Below are positions 62,740 to 64,000 of a stretch of 64,000 nt of DNA, piece by piece. Origin of the DNA: Callorhinchus milii. Lineage: Eukaryota. The number at the start of each line of letters is the position of its first letter. Within the stretch, counting starts at the first letter, position 1. A program made the translations under genes and the position numbers. The DNA lies in contig NW_024704743.1 of NCBI RefSeq assembly GCF_018977255.1, forward strand, positions 105,464,001-105,528,000. The letters are read 5' to 3'. The notes under the pieces are model-generated. The model made no database searches. It was not told the origin of the DNA and saw nothing but the letters and a program-made list of their open reading frames with translations.

Positions 62740-64000
62740 ACACTCTGCCTCCTTGTCCTCCTCGACCTCTCTGCTGCCTTTGACACTGTTGACCACTCCA
62801 TCCTCATACACCGCTTCTCCGCTTTACTCAATCTTCACGGATCTGCCTTTGCCTGGTTCAATTCCTATCACTCTCACCGTCTCCACTTCGTTGCCTCTAA
62901 CAATTTCTCCTCCAGCCCCCGCACTGTCACATCTGGCATCCCCCAGGGCTCTGTCCTTGGCCCTCTCCTCTTTAATATCTACATGCTCCCCCTTGGTGAC
63001 ATCCTCCGCAGACATGGGGTCAACTTCCACATGTATGTGGATAACACACCCAACTCTATCTTTCTGCCTCCACCCTCAACTCCAGGACACTGCTGTCCTG
63101 ACAGACTGTCGGACATCAAGTCCTGGATGAGGGCAAATTTCCTACAGTTGAATGTGAACAAGACTGAGGCCCTCCTGATTGGCTCGCGCCAGTGCCTCAG
63201 CACCTCAGGCTCTGGCAACATCAACCTCCATGGTTGCACACTACAACTCACCAAGTCAGTCAGGAACGTAAGTGTCTTGTTCGAGCCTCAACTGTCTTTT
63301 CTCCCCCACATTCAAGCCATGACCTGCTCTGCCTTCCTTCACCTCCGTAACATTGCCCGACTCTGCCACTACGTCATACATCAGGCCGCTGAAACTCTTG
63401 TTCATGCCTTCATCACCTCCAGGCTCGACTATGCAAATGCCCTACTTGTCGGTCTTCCCAACTCCTCCCTCCACAGGCTGCAGATCATCCAGAACTTTGC
63501 AGCCCATGTCCTCTCCCGCACCAAACTCTGTGACCCCATCTCCCCCACTCTCGCTTGACTCCACTGGCTCCCTATCCTTCAGAGGATCCAGTTCAAGATC
63601 CTGGTCCTCACATACAAACAAACGGAGTCCTGTAGCTCAGTGGTTAGAGCACTTGCTTTGCAAGCGAGAGACCTGAGTTCAATTCCAGGCAGGACTAAAC
63701 CTTGGGCAAGTTTCCTTACTCCCCACGCCTAATGATAATCCCTCCAAAACCAAAAACAATAATAAATTGGTCATTTTCAATCTACGACTGTTTGTGGGAC
63801 ATTGCTGTGCGCAATTGGCTGCCGCGTTCTCCCACAAAAAATACAGTCAATTCACTTTACAGTGTGTTCTGTGAAGCGCTTTGGGACGTCCTCCCGACGT
63901 GAAAAGTGCTATATCAAATGCAAGGATTATTATTATTATTATAAAGCCCTCCATGGCCTCACCTCACCCTACCTCTGCGACCTCCTAACCCCCTAACAAC
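62740..64000 (+). mobile_element. LINE2 ORF2 RT region, interrupted by a SINE and running off the window
   Basis: [45 protein letters not shown] and HAFITSRLDYAN; resumes with AAAGCCCTCCATGGCC after 63940. Confidence 0.95.
63624..63940 (+). mobile_element. Young tRNA-derived SINE, full length, nested in LINE2
   Basis: Complete head, body and tail; the LINE2 TYKALHG sequence is split at the insertion. Confidence 0.95.

Noticed and set aside
63624..63700. tRNA-Ala(TGC)-like cloverleaf (acceptor AGTCCTG/CAGGACT, D arm, anticodon arm)
   Set aside because: It is the head of the SINE, continues into the SINE body in every copy and has an imperfect T arm, so it is not a tRNA gene.

Overview
Repeat-dense, AT-rich vertebrate genomic DNA. 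The repeat set (tRNA-derived SINEs with LINE2 tails, Deu-domain SINEs, LINE2, CR1, Penelope-type ends) suggests a cartilaginous fish, possibly a holocephalan; this is inference only. The only protein-coding gene I can support is a class A GPCR with an intronless coding region, neuropeptide B/W receptor 1 (NPBWR1, 51593-52588, + strand, 331 aa). The other ORF-track entries are retroelement debris or chance ORFs. The most notable non-genic signals are: (i) minimal type-I hammerhead-ribozyme motifs in three Penelope-like fragments; (ii) a multi-part templated insertion (inverted copy, fold-back, direct copy) about 4 kb upstream of NPBWR1, plus three other local duplications; (iii) a young SINE subfamily whose 3' stem-loop is identical to that of one resident LINE2 subfamily; (iv) an imperfect 60/74-nt inverted repeat just upstream of NPBWR1; (v) an unclassified old repeat carrying three nested insertions flanked by target-site duplications (TSDs). 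I see no CRISPR or other prokaryotic system. Repeat boundaries were read by eye and are approximate.
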